Virus record (IMG/VR): IMGVR_UViG_3300027749_000073
Span: 25,503-89,502 of that record
Length of the DNA stretch: 64,000 nucleotides
Origin: a virus
Strand: one strand, 5' to 3'
Shown: positions 46,577-58,400 of the stretch, piece after piece
How the letters are laid out: each line of letters opens with the position of its first letter
Numbering within the stretch: the stretch's first letter is position 1
Program-made: the position numbers and the translations under genes
Notes under the pieces: generated by a model
What the model saw: only the letters and a program-made list of their open reading frames with translations
Told to the model about the DNA's origin: nothing
The model's database searches: none

Positions 46577-49500
46577 ATGGCCAAAAGTCAGATTAAACAA
46601 TACACGTTTACACCCGGAGCAGCAGGTTCCGGTACAATTATAATTCCTGGAAAATTTGATTTAACACAGCTTCTCATAATTACAAACACTACAAAAAATA
46701 CAATTCTTTATAATTTTGCAGATAGTACGTATTCTGGTACTACTTCAACTTTTACTCGCGGAGCTGCTAATGCTAATTGGCCTACAGGATTAGATAATTC
46801 TGACGGATATTCAACAATTACATTAGCAACCAATACATCGACTATGTCTTCATCAGATATTTTACAAATCTTTATTGAATTAGAATATCAGATAACAAGA
46901 CCGTGGCACATGGGGACTGATGCATTTGAACGGACTCGTGTTGCATTACCTCAGTCAATGCTTGATGCTGACTTTGAATATGGATTACAGCCTACAAAAT
47001 GGCAAGTAATTGATATGATGCGAGGATATCCGTCAGTATACGAAGTACCTGGAACAGATACCTCAGTAACAACAGTTACTACAGATGCATCAACCGGTAC
47101 AAGCGGTGTTGGTGCTAGTCTAATTACTGTAACAACAGTTAATGCCCATAACTTTACGGTAGGACAGCCAATAACAGTAAAAGGTTATATTAATACAGTT
47201 ACAGGATTTTCAAGAGCTGAAGGAACATTTGTTATTAACACAGTACCGGCTAACCCTGCAGATGCAGTAGGTAGTCCAACTACGTTTACTTACTATGCAA
47301 AAGCAAAAGTTGGTACTAATAATGGAGATGTGCTGTCATCAACATATACACAATTACGTAAAGGTTCGTATTATACCGGCGCTAGCGTTTCAACTCCGGC
47401 GTTTTCATATAATGCTAATGCTACTTCTACTATTACTGTTACATTTCCAGGACCACATGGGTTTGTGCCTGGAGATTCTATTACAACAGTGATTAGTTCT
47501 GATAACGGAAGTAACAACCACACCCTTGCACAAGGTCCATTTTATGTTGAATCGATCCCCTCAGCTGTATCATTAACTTTTACTGCAAGAGCCGCTGGAA
47601 CCATTACAGGTACGATACTAGGCACATTGTATAGTAGACCTGATTGTTTTTATATTCACAGACCATTTGACGGAGGAGTGCAGTTAGGAACTGGTGGTCC
47701 TAGCCACGGTGCGCATGCAATTCGTATGAGTAAAAAATATATTAGGTATCAATCAGGTAAAGCTATTAATTATAATACTGGTATATTGTTTGCACCTAAT
47801 TATGATATTAGAAGTGTTAGTGCATCAGGTACTGCGATCGGCAGTACAATTACTGTTGTTACTGATGATACAGATCATGGTTGCCAAGTAGGCTGTACTA
47901 TTTCTATAACAGGCGCAACTACATCAGGATATAACGGGTCTTATGTAGTCAATGGCATTGTTGATGAACGTGCATTAACCGTACTTGCAACTAATGTACT
48001 TGGATCGACGTTATCTGGGTTATCATCGCCTGCGTATATTAGCGTAAAATATTGGAACGGATCGACTGTGCGTGCAGGAACATTTGATGATCAAAATGGC
48101 ATGTATTGGCAATACGATGGTCAAACTCTTGCAATTGGTAAACGATCATCAACATATCAAATTTCAGGCAACGTTACTGTAGTTCCTGATAGTAATTCAA
48201 TAACTGGTTCAAATTCTCGGTTTACAACACAGTTAGTTGCAGGTGATCGAATTGTTATCAAAGGAATGTCCCACGTGGTTTCATCGGTTGTAAACGATAC
48301 TCAAATATATATAACACCTGATTATCGTGGTTCAGTTAGCGCAGTTGGCGTTAAAATGGTAAAAACGATTGACTATATTGTTCCTCAAAGTCAATGGAAT
48401 ACTGATCGATGCGACGGAGGGAACGATGCTCATAATCCAAGTGGGTACAACATTGATGTGTCTAAAATGCAAATGATTGGATTACAATGGACATGGTATG
48501 GTGCAGGATTTATTGAATGGATGATACGCGGTCCATTAGGAAATTTTATTGTTGTTCATAGATTACGCGGGAACAATTTAAACAATGAAGCATATATGCG
48601 GTCAGGTAACATGCCAGTTAGATATGAAGTATTAAACGAAAGTGCAAGAACTGCGACTACTGCTGATCCAGGAAGCAGCGGTACTACGTTGTCTGTACTT
48701 GATACTACATTTTTCCCAACAACTGGAACATTATATGTCGATAATGAAATTATTACCTATACATCGAAAACTGCAACATCTTTTGGTAATTTAACACGCG
48801 GTGCATCTCTTACTAATTTTAATGCAGGTCTAAATAGAACGTATTCGGCAGGTGCTGCAGCTAGTCATTCGATTAACACTGGTGTTATTTTAATTGGGCA
48901 AACTGCAACTCCTAGTGTTAGTCATTGGGGCTCTGCATTTATAACAGATGGCCAATTTGACAACGATAGAGGATATATTTTTAACTATCAGGCTACTAAC
49001 ATTAACATTTCAACTAAAAAAACTACTGCATTTGCAATTAGATTAGCACCTAGTGTATCTAATGCAATTATTGGTGATTTAGGAGTAAGAGAATTAATTA
49101 ACAGAGCACAATTGTTATTACAAGGTATTGAAATTACTGCAGGTAACAGTAGTAATGCAAACACTGCAATTGTTATTGAAGGAATATTAAATCCGTCAAA
49201 TTATCCAACTAACGTAGCTAATATCACATGGAACGGTTTACAATTACAATCACAAAGTGGACAACCAAGTTTTTGTCAAATTTCATCCGGTTCTTCTGTA
49301 ACATTTTTAGGTGTTAATACGTTATCAACATCTACATCAGGCGCACTAGTTGGTGCAACTGTTATTCCTGTTGCAAGTACAACTGGTGTTGCAATTGGTG
49401 ACGATGTTTACTCAACTTCCGTAACAAATGCATTTGCCGGTAATGCTAAGGTTATAACATTTGTAGCAAATACAAGTATTACAATATCATCACCATTAGT

Positions 49501-49765
49501 TACTGTATTAACTAATGGTAACAATGTTACTATTAGTAGAAATTCGTATGCGTTACCAGGAGAGACTATTTTTTCTTTTATTAGTTCTCCTGCAAATAAA
49601 GACTCATTAGATCTATCACCATTAAAAGAGTTAACAAATACTCCAATCGGAGGACGCGGCACATTCCCTAATGGACCTGATGTATTGTTTATTAATTGTT
49701 ATTTAACGCAAGGATCACCGATTAATGCAAACTTAGTATTACGCTGGGGCGAAGCGCAGGCTTAA
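46577..49765 (+). CDS. Large virion structural protein
   Basis: DADFEYGLQPTKW, YIRYQSGK, WYGAG motifs typical of structural proteins in large T4-like phages. Confidence 0.65.
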   Translation: MAKSQIKQYTFTPGAAGSGTIIIPGKFDLTQLLIITNTTKNTILYNFADSTYSGTTSTFTRGAANANWPTGLDNSDGYSTITLATNTSTMSSSDILQIFIELEYQITRPWHMGTDAFERTRVALPQSMLDADFEYGLQPTKWQVIDMMRGYPSVYEVPGTDTSVTTVTTDASTGTSGVGASLITVTTVNAHNFTVGQPITVKGYINTVTGFSRAEGTFVINTVPANPADAVGSPTTFTYYAKAKVGTNNGDVLSSTYTQLRKGSYYTGASVSTPAFSYNANATSTITVTFPGPHGFVPGDSITTVISSDNGSNNHTLAQGPFYVESIPSAVSLTFTARAAGTITGTILGTLYSRPDCFYIHRPFDGGVQLGTGGPSHGAHAIRMSKKYIRYQSGKAINYNTGILFAPNYDIRSVSASGTAIGSTITVVTDDTDHGCQVGCTISITGATTSGYNGSYVVNGIVDERALTVLATNVLGSTLSGLSSPAYISVKYWNGSTVRAGTFDDQNGMYWQYDGQTLAIGKRSSTYQISGNVTVVPDSNSITGSNSRFTTQLVAGDRIVIKGMSHVVSSVVNDTQIYITPDYRGSVSAVGVKMVKTIDYIVPQSQWNTDRCDGGNDAHNPSGYNIDVSKMQMIGLQWTWYGAGFIEWMIRGPLGNFIVVHRLRGNNLNNEAYMRSGNMPVRYEVLNESARTATTADPGSSGTTLSVLDTTFFPTTGTLYVDNEIITYTSKTATSFGNLTRGASLTNFNAGLNRTYSAGAAASHSINTGVILIGQTATPSVSHWGSAFITDGQFDNDRGYIFNYQATNINISTKKTTAFAIRLAPSVSNAIIGDLGVRELINRAQLLLQGIEITAGNSSNANTAIVIEGILNPSNYPTNVANITWNGLQLQSQSGQPSFCQISSGSSVTFLGVNTLSTSTSGALVGATVIPVASTTGVAIGDDVYSTSVTNAFAGNAKVITFVANTSITISSPLVTVLTNGNNVTISRNSYALPGETIFSFISSPANKDSLDLSPLKELTNTPIGGRGTFPNGPDVLFINCYLTQGSPINANLVLRWGEAQA

Positions 49766-50211
49766 AGACTATCGATAATATCGATAACAGTTTGGATCTT
49801 AGTTTGTATAATTTTATTACGCAGGCTAAGATCTAACCCACGATGAAGCGGTTTCGGTAAACTTTTTAAAGTAAACCATCCCCATGCAACATGCTCATCG
49901 CTTAATTTCGGTATAAATTCATCTTGAATTAGACAAAAATATGTATGAAAATTAAAAACACTATCGTTAGAAACAAATTTTTCTAATGGTAGTGTTTTTT
50001 TAATGACCGGTAAAAACCCAATTTCTTCTTCAATTTCACGAGTTAGTCCCTGCCATGGGTTTTCATTAATTAGATTAGTGCCGCCGACTAACCCCCAGGT
50101 TCCTTGATGTTTACCTGAGGATTTTTGTATTAGCAGTACTCTGTGAGTATGTTGGGCATATATTAATGCTCCACTACAAATAATTTTATCTTTTACAGTT
50201 CGATTTTCCAT
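49762..50211 (-). CDS. Nudix hydrolase
   Basis: WGLVGG.....E.......REIEEEIG Nudix box. Confidence 0.9.
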   Translation of the reverse strand: MENRTVKDKIICSGALIYAQHTHRVLLIQKSSGKHQGTWGLVGGTNLINENPWQGLTREIEEEIGFLPVIKKTLPLEKFVSNDSVFNFHTYFCLIQDEFIPKLSDEHVAWGWFTLKSLPKPLHRGLDLSLRNKIIQTKIQTVIDIIDSL

Positions 50212-51668
50212 AATCCATCTTTGTATACACCTTCGAATGATTTAACCCACGAAACACCGTTCCATAAGTATTGGACTCCTGTGTATATATTTGTTTGCCA
50301 AACCATTGTGTCATGCTCTTGATTGCTGTTAAAAATAACATTCCATTGGGATCCTGACCATTCGATAATATCATTTGACCGTGCAACTAGATCAGTACCG
50401 CTAACTGATTTCCATGCATCTGCACCGTCTTCGTTTTGTATTGCGCCCATGTCTTCAATAATGATTAATCTAAGTTTAACAGGAATATTTTCAATACCGT
50501 TGTATTCTACTAGTGGATTAAATGTTTGCGGATTAACAATTGCATCAACTTTACTTCTTGCAGATGATTGATCAAACCCTTCGTCAGTGTTAAATAACCC
50601 GTTACTATCGATCAATGAATCAAACTGCAATGTTAACGGATCCCATACTACATTTAAAATTACAGGATTCTCAGAGTCTATATCGATTGTACCAACGATT
50701 TCACTTCCGTCATCTTGGCTTAAAAATAATCTACTTACGCCTGCGATAAATTCAGCACCGTATGCAGCAAAAATGTCAGTCCAGTTTATAGGGTGGCCTT
50801 GTTTTATCGGTATTTCAATTACCGGTTCTGCTGGCACAACATTTTCCGAAGGTCCTAGTAAAATAACTTGGCTGTCGTAAACTTGAATATTAAATCTTGT
50901 AATAGTTGTTCTAATTTTTGTTAGTAATTCTGCAAGCGACGGTGTAGGTTCAGCAGTGTCGACACCCAGTCCTTCAACATAACCTGTTTTATTGTAATCG
51001 TTTTGTCCCCAAATGCCTGTGATAATATTTGTAATTACGCCAAGTTGTTTAACTTTAACGGGTGGACTTATCCATATAGGAGTGTCTAAGGTTATAGTTG
51101 CAATATCGATAGGGCTATCAGTGCCTACTGGCACTTGTCTACTTGACCAGTTTACGTCGTTTAAGTATAATACGCTTAAACTTGTCCAATCGAGATAGTT
51201 CTCATTAGTTTGCAACTCTAAACTTGGATTAAAAAACATTAAAATTTGTTCTAATAACTGTAATTTTTGATCAGTATTTGCTGACCAAATATCAACTTTT
51301 AATGCAAGTTTAAACGGAGTTGGCATTAATCGTTCAACAGTGTAATTACGACCGTTTGAATTATTATACGCACCTGTTTCGGGGTCAATACCTCTTTCTC
51401 GCAAATGCATTTTTCCAACAAAGGTTGCATCAGCCAATCTATCTTTATCAAGTGATAAGCTACTAATGTATACACTTATTCTTGGCACACTGTTAATTTT
51501 ATTTTCAGAATTTTGTCGCATAATAGTTGCAGCTTGTCTATCCGCATCACCGTATAAAACAGGAACCCTGACTAGAGTACCATCGCCATATCTTACAGTG
51601 AAGTTACTTAAAATACGAATTGTTTGGGTAAGATATCGTCTTATTTGTCCATCATAAAAGTGCATCAT
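50193..51668 (-). CDS. gp15: Tail sheath stabiliser/terminator (gp15-like)
   Basis: FYDGQIRRY, VPVLYG, PRIS, PTPFKL, QLLEQILMFFNP. Confidence 0.8.
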   Translation of the reverse strand: MMHFYDGQIRRYLTQTIRILSNFTVRYGDGTLVRVPVLYGDADRQAATIMRQNSENKINSVPRISVYISSLSLDKDRLADATFVGKMHLRERGIDPETGAYNNSNGRNYTVERLMPTPFKLALKVDIWSANTDQKLQLLEQILMFFNPSLELQTNENYLDWTSLSVLYLNDVNWSSRQVPVGTDSPIDIATITLDTPIWISPPVKVKQLGVITNIITGIWGQNDYNKTGYVEGLGVDTAEPTPSLAELLTKIRTTITRFNIQVYDSQVILLGPSENVVPAEPVIEIPIKQGHPINWTDIFAAYGAEFIAGVSRLFLSQDDGSEIVGTIDIDSENPVILNVVWDPLTLQFDSLIDSNGLFNTDEGFDQSSARSKVDAIVNPQTFNPLVEYNGIENIPVKLRLIIIEDMGAIQNEDGADAWKSVSGTDLVARSNDIIEWSGSQWNVIFNSNQEHDTMVWQTNIYTGVQYLWNGVSWVKSFEGVYKDGLWKIEL

Positions 51669-51670
51669 AA

Positions 51671-53227
51671 TTATAGGTCCGCCCTTGGTTTAAGTGCTTT
51701 TGAAAGACTTTGCCTTTGCAATTCACGAGAATTACATAATTCAATTTTCCATGTACCGTAATAGGGAATGTCATGTCCTTCGGGTAGGGTTATTCTTACT
51801 TTTTCGACTGAATCAACAGTGTATGCTGTAATAATTCCCGGATAATCTGCAACAGTAAACGGTAATTGATACGGAATAACTTCTGCAGAATGCAAGGTTA
51901 ATATTAGATAATTTACATTTACAAAATTAATCTGTGTATCGATAGCAAAATCACCAACCTCTAAAGTTGCATATTCTGTTGCGATTGCATGTTGATAGGT
52001 ATAATCAATGTTATTAACAAAACTTGTTTTTAATGTTTGTCTCGTATCTGTTTGAGTCATTGTCATTCGAACTGCATCTTCGGTGCGTAACCATTTTGTG
52101 CCGTCGAATCTAAATAATCTATTTGGTAAGAAATCGTTGCGTAAATAGAAATCGTCTTTTGCGGGATTAGTTGGAAATTGTATTCCGTGTCCAAACACGT
52201 ATCCATTAACTGGATAACCGTCTCCGACTAAGTAACCAGTATAACCAGTGCGCAATGGTACTGCATTATTACTACTTGCAAGAATATTATCACCTTCAAA
52301 ACTAGCATCGATTTCATAAGTGTCAGCTCGGTTTAATATAACACTGCCGTCATTGGGATCAGCAGATAATGTATAAAATTGTCGAGTTTCGTAGCCACTC
52401 AACGGCGCGTCATTTTCAGACTGTGCAATAACAGCATCGTTAATTTGATATTCTATTGCTCGAGTGCTTAGAATATTTTCAAGCGTATTTCCGATAAATG
52501 GTGCAAAGTATTGTGAATTGGACGGCTCATTATTTGTAGTGCTTGCAGTAACGTTGAATAATAATCCATTACGTCTAACAATTTCACCGGGTTGGTAAGT
52601 TGTTGCAGCATCGTAATCGCCAACAAATACATCGGCATCTTCGCCTACTGGTTTAGTAAGCACGTCGGCAAATTGTTGACTATCTGTGATTTTTTTAATT
52701 TTTAATCTATATAGATGTGGAAACCATGTTGCGCTAAAACCTTCGCTAGCACGACCTACATCTTCTATAACATAATATCGCGGCAGACTTACATCAAAAT
52801 CATTAAGAGCAAAATCATCTCGTAGGTGTGGCATTTCCATTACATCACCACATAATGGTTTGCGTCCAAGGAACTTAATAAAATCGTTGATATGTACTGT
52901 CATAAAAATCGTGTCGTTGTCAATGAATAAACCAAATTGACTTAAATTGAAATCGATGTTTTGCACATTGTAGATTCCTCGGATCCTGTAAATCTCCGGA
53001 TCGTACTTTCTATCACGATTTTCTAAAAACAGCAAATCTTGTATATTAGTTTCTTTTACTGCATCATAAACTGGTTGATCAGCAGTGCCCTCGTCCTGTA
53101 TTTTAGGACCAAGGTATTTGTGAACATATACATCAGTGCCGCCGACTTGAAACATCTGCGAGATATGGTGATCAATAAATCTATAATTATTACCTTTCTC
53201 AGGTTTATATAAGCTTAATTTGGGCAA
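51671..53227 (-). CDS. gp14: Neck protein (gp14-like), extended
   Basis: GTDVYV, LSQFGL..DND, RKPLCGDVMEMP; TTG start with SD GGAGAA and late box at 53252-58. Confidence 0.7.
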   Translation of the reverse strand: MPKLSLYKPEKGNNYRFIDHHISQMFQVGGTDVYVHKYLGPKIQDEGTADQPVYDAVKETNIQDLLFLENRDRKYDPEIYRIRGIYNVQNIDFNLSQFGLFIDNDTIFMTVHINDFIKFLGRKPLCGDVMEMPHLRDDFALNDFDVSLPRYYVIEDVGRASEGFSATWFPHLYRLKIKKITDSQQFADVLTKPVGEDADVFVGDYDAATTYQPGEIVRRNGLLFNVTASTTNNEPSNSQYFAPFIGNTLENILSTRAIEYQINDAVIAQSENDAPLSGYETRQFYTLSADPNDGSVILNRADTYEIDASFEGDNILASSNNAVPLRTGYTGYLVGDGYPVNGYVFGHGIQFPTNPAKDDFYLRNDFLPNRLFRFDGTKWLRTEDAVRMTMTQTDTRQTLKTSFVNNIDYTYQHAIATEYATLEVGDFAIDTQINFVNVNYLILTLHSAEVIPYQLPFTVADYPGIITAYTVDSVEKVRITLPEGHDIPYYGTWKIELCNSRELQRQSLSKALKPRADL

Positions 53228-53254
53228 AGTACTTCTCCGTGAGTGTTATCATAT

Positions 53255-53453
53255 TTATCGTAATATAGATCTACAATTGTTTCCGTGCCACCTGTTGTAA
53301 TTACATTTAACGCATATTATACCGCAATGTTCGCATGTGTACGTTGGTCTTAGTGATGCTAATTCTGACATTTTCTGTTTTACTGCATCGGAGTTGAGCT
53401 GCTTTGATTATTTTGAAATAGCTATTAGTATATTTATTATCGATAAATAACAT
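53255..53453 (-). pseudogene. Internally deleted, frameshifted homing endonuclease gene (HNH/NUMOD3 type)
   Basis: ATG 53453 reads MLFIDNKYTNSYFKIIKAAQLR; a second frame from ~53392 reads SDAVKQKMSELASLRPTYTCEHCG...YNRWHGNNC...stop. Own late promoter at 53515-21. Confidence 0.75.
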
Positions 53454-53546
53454 TGTTGATGTCCTCTTATGACGTTAAAGTAGTTAGGAATTGCAGTTCC
53501 GTGAGCTACATTTTTATTTATCATATAGATTTTTACGGAGCAATAT

Positions 53547-54317
53547 ATGTCTGATGACACAACTTCATTACTAGAACGAAATAAAGTATTTGAATATGTT
53601 AGAACTCTTCTCGGTGACGGTATGATTGACATTGAGCTCGACCCTATCCATTACGAAACTGCACTTGATAAAGCACTAATTCGTTTTAGACAGAGGAGTC
53701 CAAATGCGGTCGAAGAAAGTTACTGTTTTATAGAATTAACACAGGATCAAAATGAATATAGATTACCGGATGAAATCATTGAAGTTCAGAGTGTATTCCG
53801 TCGCTCAATCGGATCGCGTTCGGGCATGGGTGCCGGTGGCACTTTATTTGAACCGTTTAATTTGGCCTATACTAACACATATTTAATGAGCGGTAGTATG
53901 ATGGGCGGACTAGCAACCTATGAAATGTTTGCAGGTTATCAAAAATTAGTAGGACGTATGTTCGGTAGTTACATTGAATTTAAATGGAAACAACAAAACC
54001 ATACACTAACTATTTTACAAAGACCGTTTGCTCAAGGTGAGCAACTACTAGTTAAGACACATAATTATCGTCCTGATTTTGTGTTATTAACTGACATCTA
54101 TGCCAAACAATGGTTGCGTGATTTTACGCTTGCTACCTGTAAAATGATGTTAGGTGAAGCGCGTAGTTTATTTGCTAGCATTGCAGGACCGGGCGGTAGT
54201 ATTTCACTTAATGGTAATGATTTAAAGTCATCTGCAAAAGAAGAAATTGCAAATTTAGAAAAAGAACTTGACAATTACATGACAGGCGGTTCGCCGATGA
54301 CATTTATAATTGGCTAA
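53547..54317 (+). CDS. gp13: Neck protein (gp13-like)
   Basis: LLGDGMIDIEL, WLRDFTLATCK..LG, LNG, PMTFIIG C-terminus. Confidence 0.85.
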   Translation: MSDDTTSLLERNKVFEYVRTLLGDGMIDIELDPIHYETALDKALIRFRQRSPNAVEESYCFIELTQDQNEYRLPDEIIEVQSVFRRSIGSRSGMGAGGTLFEPFNLAYTNTYLMSGSMMGGLATYEMFAGYQKLVGRMFGSYIEFKWKQQNHTLTILQRPFAQGEQLLVKTHNYRPDFVLLTDIYAKQWLRDFTLATCKMMLGEARSLFASIAGPGGSISLNGNDLKSSAKEEIANLEKELDNYMTGGSPMTFIIG

Positions 54318-54324
54318 AAATATA

Positions 54325-54353
54325 TTGACGCTCCGGTAATTTTGTTATATAAT
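54325..54353 (+). promoter_or_regulatory. sigma70-type (early) promoter
   Basis: TTGACG-17 nt-TATAAT upstream of the dNMP kinase. Confidence 0.8.
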
Positions 54354-54384
54354 AATACATTATGTTAGATTATTGGAGTAAAAT

Positions 54385-55023
54385 ATGATAGTTGGTATTG
54401 TTGGGTTTATCGGTTCAGGAAAAGACACTGCTGCAGAGTATCTTGAAAATGAACACAATTTCAAAAAAGAATCATTTGCTGCAAGTTTAAAAGATGCAGT
54501 ATCAAACGTATTCGGTTGGGACAGGGATCTAGTTGAAGGCCAAACTGAAAAATCAAGAGAGTGGCGAAATCAAGTCGACGAGTGGTGGGCGACTAGATTA
54601 AATATGCCGCAGTTAACACCTAGGTGGGTATTACAACACTGGGGGACTGAACTTTGTCGAGTTGGATTTCATACTGATATTTGGTTAGCTAGTTTAGAAC
54701 GACGACTTTTAAACAGTGCTACAAACGTAGTAATATCTGATTGTAGATTTGAAAATGAAATTGCTGCAATTAAACGATTAGGTGGAAAAATTATTCAAAT
54801 TAATCGTACATCGCATGTTCATGAAGAACTAATGAACTTTGCAAGTCGCGGCGACCAGACTGCTATTCAACTGCTTAACGATCTCGAAGTTCATCAAAGT
54901 GAATGGGCATGGCGGAAAGTTGCTGCAGATTATGTTATTGATAATACCGGGTCACTTTACAATTTATATTATCAACTTAAAGAAATTATAAATCAGGAGT
55001 TAAGTCACCCTGCCGCCATGTAA
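54385..55023 (+). CDS. gp1: Deoxynucleoside monophosphate kinase
   Basis: GFIGSGKDT, FAASLK, TPRWVLQHWGTE, VISDCRFENE, HQSE. Confidence 0.92.
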   Translation: MIVGIVGFIGSGKDTAAEYLENEHNFKKESFAASLKDAVSNVFGWDRDLVEGQTEKSREWRNQVDEWWATRLNMPQLTPRWVLQHWGTELCRVGFHTDIWLASLERRLLNSATNVVISDCRFENEIAAIKRLGGKIIQINRTSHVHEELMNFASRGDQTAIQLLNDLEVHQSEWAWRKVAADYVIDNTGSLYNLYYQLKEIINQELSHPAAM

Positions 55024-55321
55024 TTCCTTCTCGATGTAATATCCGTTGACAGTTTGCACACACTGTTTTAAGGTTACTTGGTCTACAATTGTTTAAATCA
55101 CCGTTTACATGATACACTGCAAACACTTCGGTAAACGGTGATTTAAACCCGCACTTTTCGCACTGATTCTTGATACGATATCCAGCCCTGTACCATCGAG
55201 CTATTCCGGCATACTTTCCGCCTTTTAAACAAGCTTCACATAATTTTCTATAATACGTCCTACCGTTTTTAATGTAATTAACTGCAGCAGGTCGGTATCC
55301 GCACGAACAAAGTGGTCTCAT
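54986..55321 (-). CDS. Small HNH-like zinc-binding protein
   Basis: CxC, CxxC, CxxC, HVNGDLNN...NL..VCANC. Confidence 0.7.
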   Translation of the reverse strand: MRPLCSCGYRPAAVNYIKNGRTYYRKLCEACLKGGKYAGIARWYRAGYRIKNQCEKCGFKSPFTEVFAVYHVNGDLNNCRPSNLKTVCANCQRILHREGITWRQGDLTPDL

Positions 55322-55386
55322 GCTTATATTTACACCTTTTCTATCCCTTTTATACAGGGTTAAACACGGTTAATTAGCCATTATAC

Positions 55387-55394
55387 TATAAATA
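55387..55394 (+). promoter_or_regulatory. T4 late promoter (exact TATAAATA)
   Basis: TATAAATA upstream of the sheath gene. Confidence 0.8.
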
Positions 55395-55426
55395 CACGTA
55401 GAACTTGAATTTATGGAGAATATATT

Positions 55427-58400
55427 ATGGCTCAACTTAGTTCACCAGGCGTAAGTGTATCAGTAATCGACGAAAGCGCGTACACTTCGGCAGCTCCTGG
55501 CACAGTCCCTTTAATTTTTGTAACTTCGGAAGAAGGGAAACAAAACGCATCCGGAACAGGCACTGCTCCGGGTACATTAAAAACAAACGCAGGCAAAGTT
55601 TATCTTTTAACTAGCCAAAAAGAGTTAGCAGATACCTTCGGTACTCCTATCTTTAAAACTGACGCAAACAACAATGCAGTTCATGCAGGCGAGCAAAACG
55701 AGTTCGGATTGCAAGCAGCTTACAGTTTCTTAGGTGTTAGCAACCGTGCGTATGTAGCACGGGCAGACATTGATCTTTCACAATTAGATGCAAATGCAAC
55801 TGCACCATTAGGTGAACCAGCAAATAACACATTTTGGTTAAACACACTCGACACAAAATGGGGTGTATTTGAATGGGATTCGCGTTCGGCAGATCTAGGC
55901 GGCCAAACATACACTGTTAAAAAACCAATTGTTATCACAAGCACTGTAATTGCACCGGATGGTACACCAGTAAACACTTACGGTTTAAATGATACTTATG
56001 CAATTGTTGCAGTATCTACTGTTATTGCATTATGGTACAAAGATAACGGATCGTGGGTCAAAGTTGGCACATCTGCATGGAGAAACGCAAATCCAACAGT
56101 TATTGCTACTGCAAACACTTTTAGCGCAACTGCTACTAGTAACGACATTACCATTAACGGAATCGCGATTGATAATAATGCAGATTTAGCTGCATTAGTT
56201 AGTGGAATCAATGCAAGTTCGGCATTAATTGCATTAGGGATCACTGCAGGCACTCAAAGTGGAAAATTAGTTTTATACTCTACTGGTGTTGCAATTACTC
56301 TTAGTGGTGCATTAGTAGATGGTTTAGGTTTATCATCAACAACATATCCTGCTCCGGCACTATGGATTGGCCCGCATACTTCTATACCACCGTTTAAAGC
56401 AAATGACGAAAATCGCCCAAGTGGGTCGGTTTGGGTTAAAACAACTACACCAAACAATGGTGCTGATTGGGTAACAAAAGTTTATAGCACTGATACAGGG
56501 TCGTGGGTCTCAAAATATCCTCGATTATTTCCTTCGCACGAAGCAGCATTAGCAGGATTAGATCCAGTAAGTGGCGGATTAAGTCTTGCAGGTAACACAA
56601 TGTATATCAAATACAACGTTGCAGAAGGAGTTACTAACGGCAAGCCAGATGCTGCTAACTTTACAGTTTATCGTCGTCGTAGCGCAGTATCTACTAGCAT
56701 AGTTTCGTTTACTGTTGTCGCAGAAACAGGTACCGGTAACGGCCATTTATCTGCAGGAGCATACGCATTTACTTTGCAAGAATCAGTTCCAGGTAGTGAT
56801 ACATTAACTACTGCAGTAACTGTCTCGTTTACTGTAACATCAGGTCAACCAGCAGCGTCTATTGCATCTGCAATCGTTACTGCGATTAGCACACAACTTT
56901 CATCTTATCGATCAAATGTTGCAGTGTCATTAGTTACCGGTACTACAAAAATTAGTATTGAACACCGCACAGGCGGCGAAATTAAATTAAATGAAACTGT
57001 CGGTACACCGATAGTAAAATTATTTAAAAGTGCAACTGGCCCATTTGTTACTAATTTATACCGACATCCAGACGGTATTACTACACATTTTATTGCAAGT
57101 ACCTGGACTTCATTACTTGACGACAACACCGGCGGATTTATATCTGCACAAGACACTGCAGTTACTGGGCCAACAGTTGACGGAAGATTGTGGTATAGTA
57201 GCGTAGTTGATGAAATTGATCTTTTAATTCACAACGGTACTAAATGGGTAGGTTACTTACATCCAACTAGTCCGACGTATGCAGCAGGTGCATTGCAAAC
57301 TGACCCGGCAGGTATAATTGTTGGTGCAACTACACCTACTACGCAAACAGATGGCACACCGTTAGCAAATGGAGATATTTGGCTTGACTCTTCGGATCTT
57401 GAAAATTATCCAATGCTTTACAGCTGGGCAGGTTTTACAAGAAAATGGTTGTTAATTGATAAATCAGATCAAACTACTGACACTGGTATTTTATTTGCCG
57501 ATGCTCGATGGGCAACTACTGGACAATCAGAAACACCATCTGCAATTACAGACTTATTAGTTAGCGATTTTGTTGAGTTTGATGCGCCTGATCCTGCATT
57601 ATATCCTAAAGGTATGCTGTTATGGAATCTACGTAGAAGCGGATTTAATGTTAAACGATTTGTTAGAAATTATGTTAATTTGCTTGAACGCAATGTTAGA
57701 TACTCAAACGAATCGCAAGGCACTAACGGCAACGAATACTATCCACACAAATGGGTTAGTGAATCTGCTAATCAAGAAAACGGCGCAGGCACTTTCGGTC
57801 GCCATGCACAACGCAAAGTAGTTGTTCAAAAATTACAAGCACTAGTTAATGCAAACCAGTCAGTTCGTGACGAAGAAAGTAAATTATTTAATTTAATTGC
57901 AACACCTGGGTATCCTGAATTAATTGGCGAAATGATTAATTTAAATTATGATCGCGGTTTAACAGCGTTTGTTGTAGGCGATACACCTGCAAGATTAACA
58001 CCAGATGCAACTACGTTAAGCAGCTGGGGTAACAATGATGCAGGTGCGTTAGAAGACAACGATCACGGGTTAGTATCAAGTGACGAGTATTTGGCTGTAT
58101 TTTATCCATGGGGTTACACTAGTGACAACATTGGCAATAACATTGCAGTCCCGCCAAGCCACATGATGTTACGCACGATTGCATTAAATGATCAAATTGC
58201 TTATCCGTGGTTTGCACCAGCAGGTACAAGCAGAGGTGGTATTACTAATGCTACGTCAGTTGGGTACATTACTGCCGAAGGTGAATTCCAGTCGGTAGCG
58301 TTAAATGTCGGGCAACGTGATACCTTAGCAAGCATTAAAGTTAATTCAATTACATTTATTGCAGGTTCAGGGTTAGTTAATTTTGCACAATATACTCGTG

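Noticed and set aside
53408-53632. 74-aa minus-strand ORF
   Set aside because: Overlaps gp13 antisense; the endonuclease remnant in other frames explains the region.
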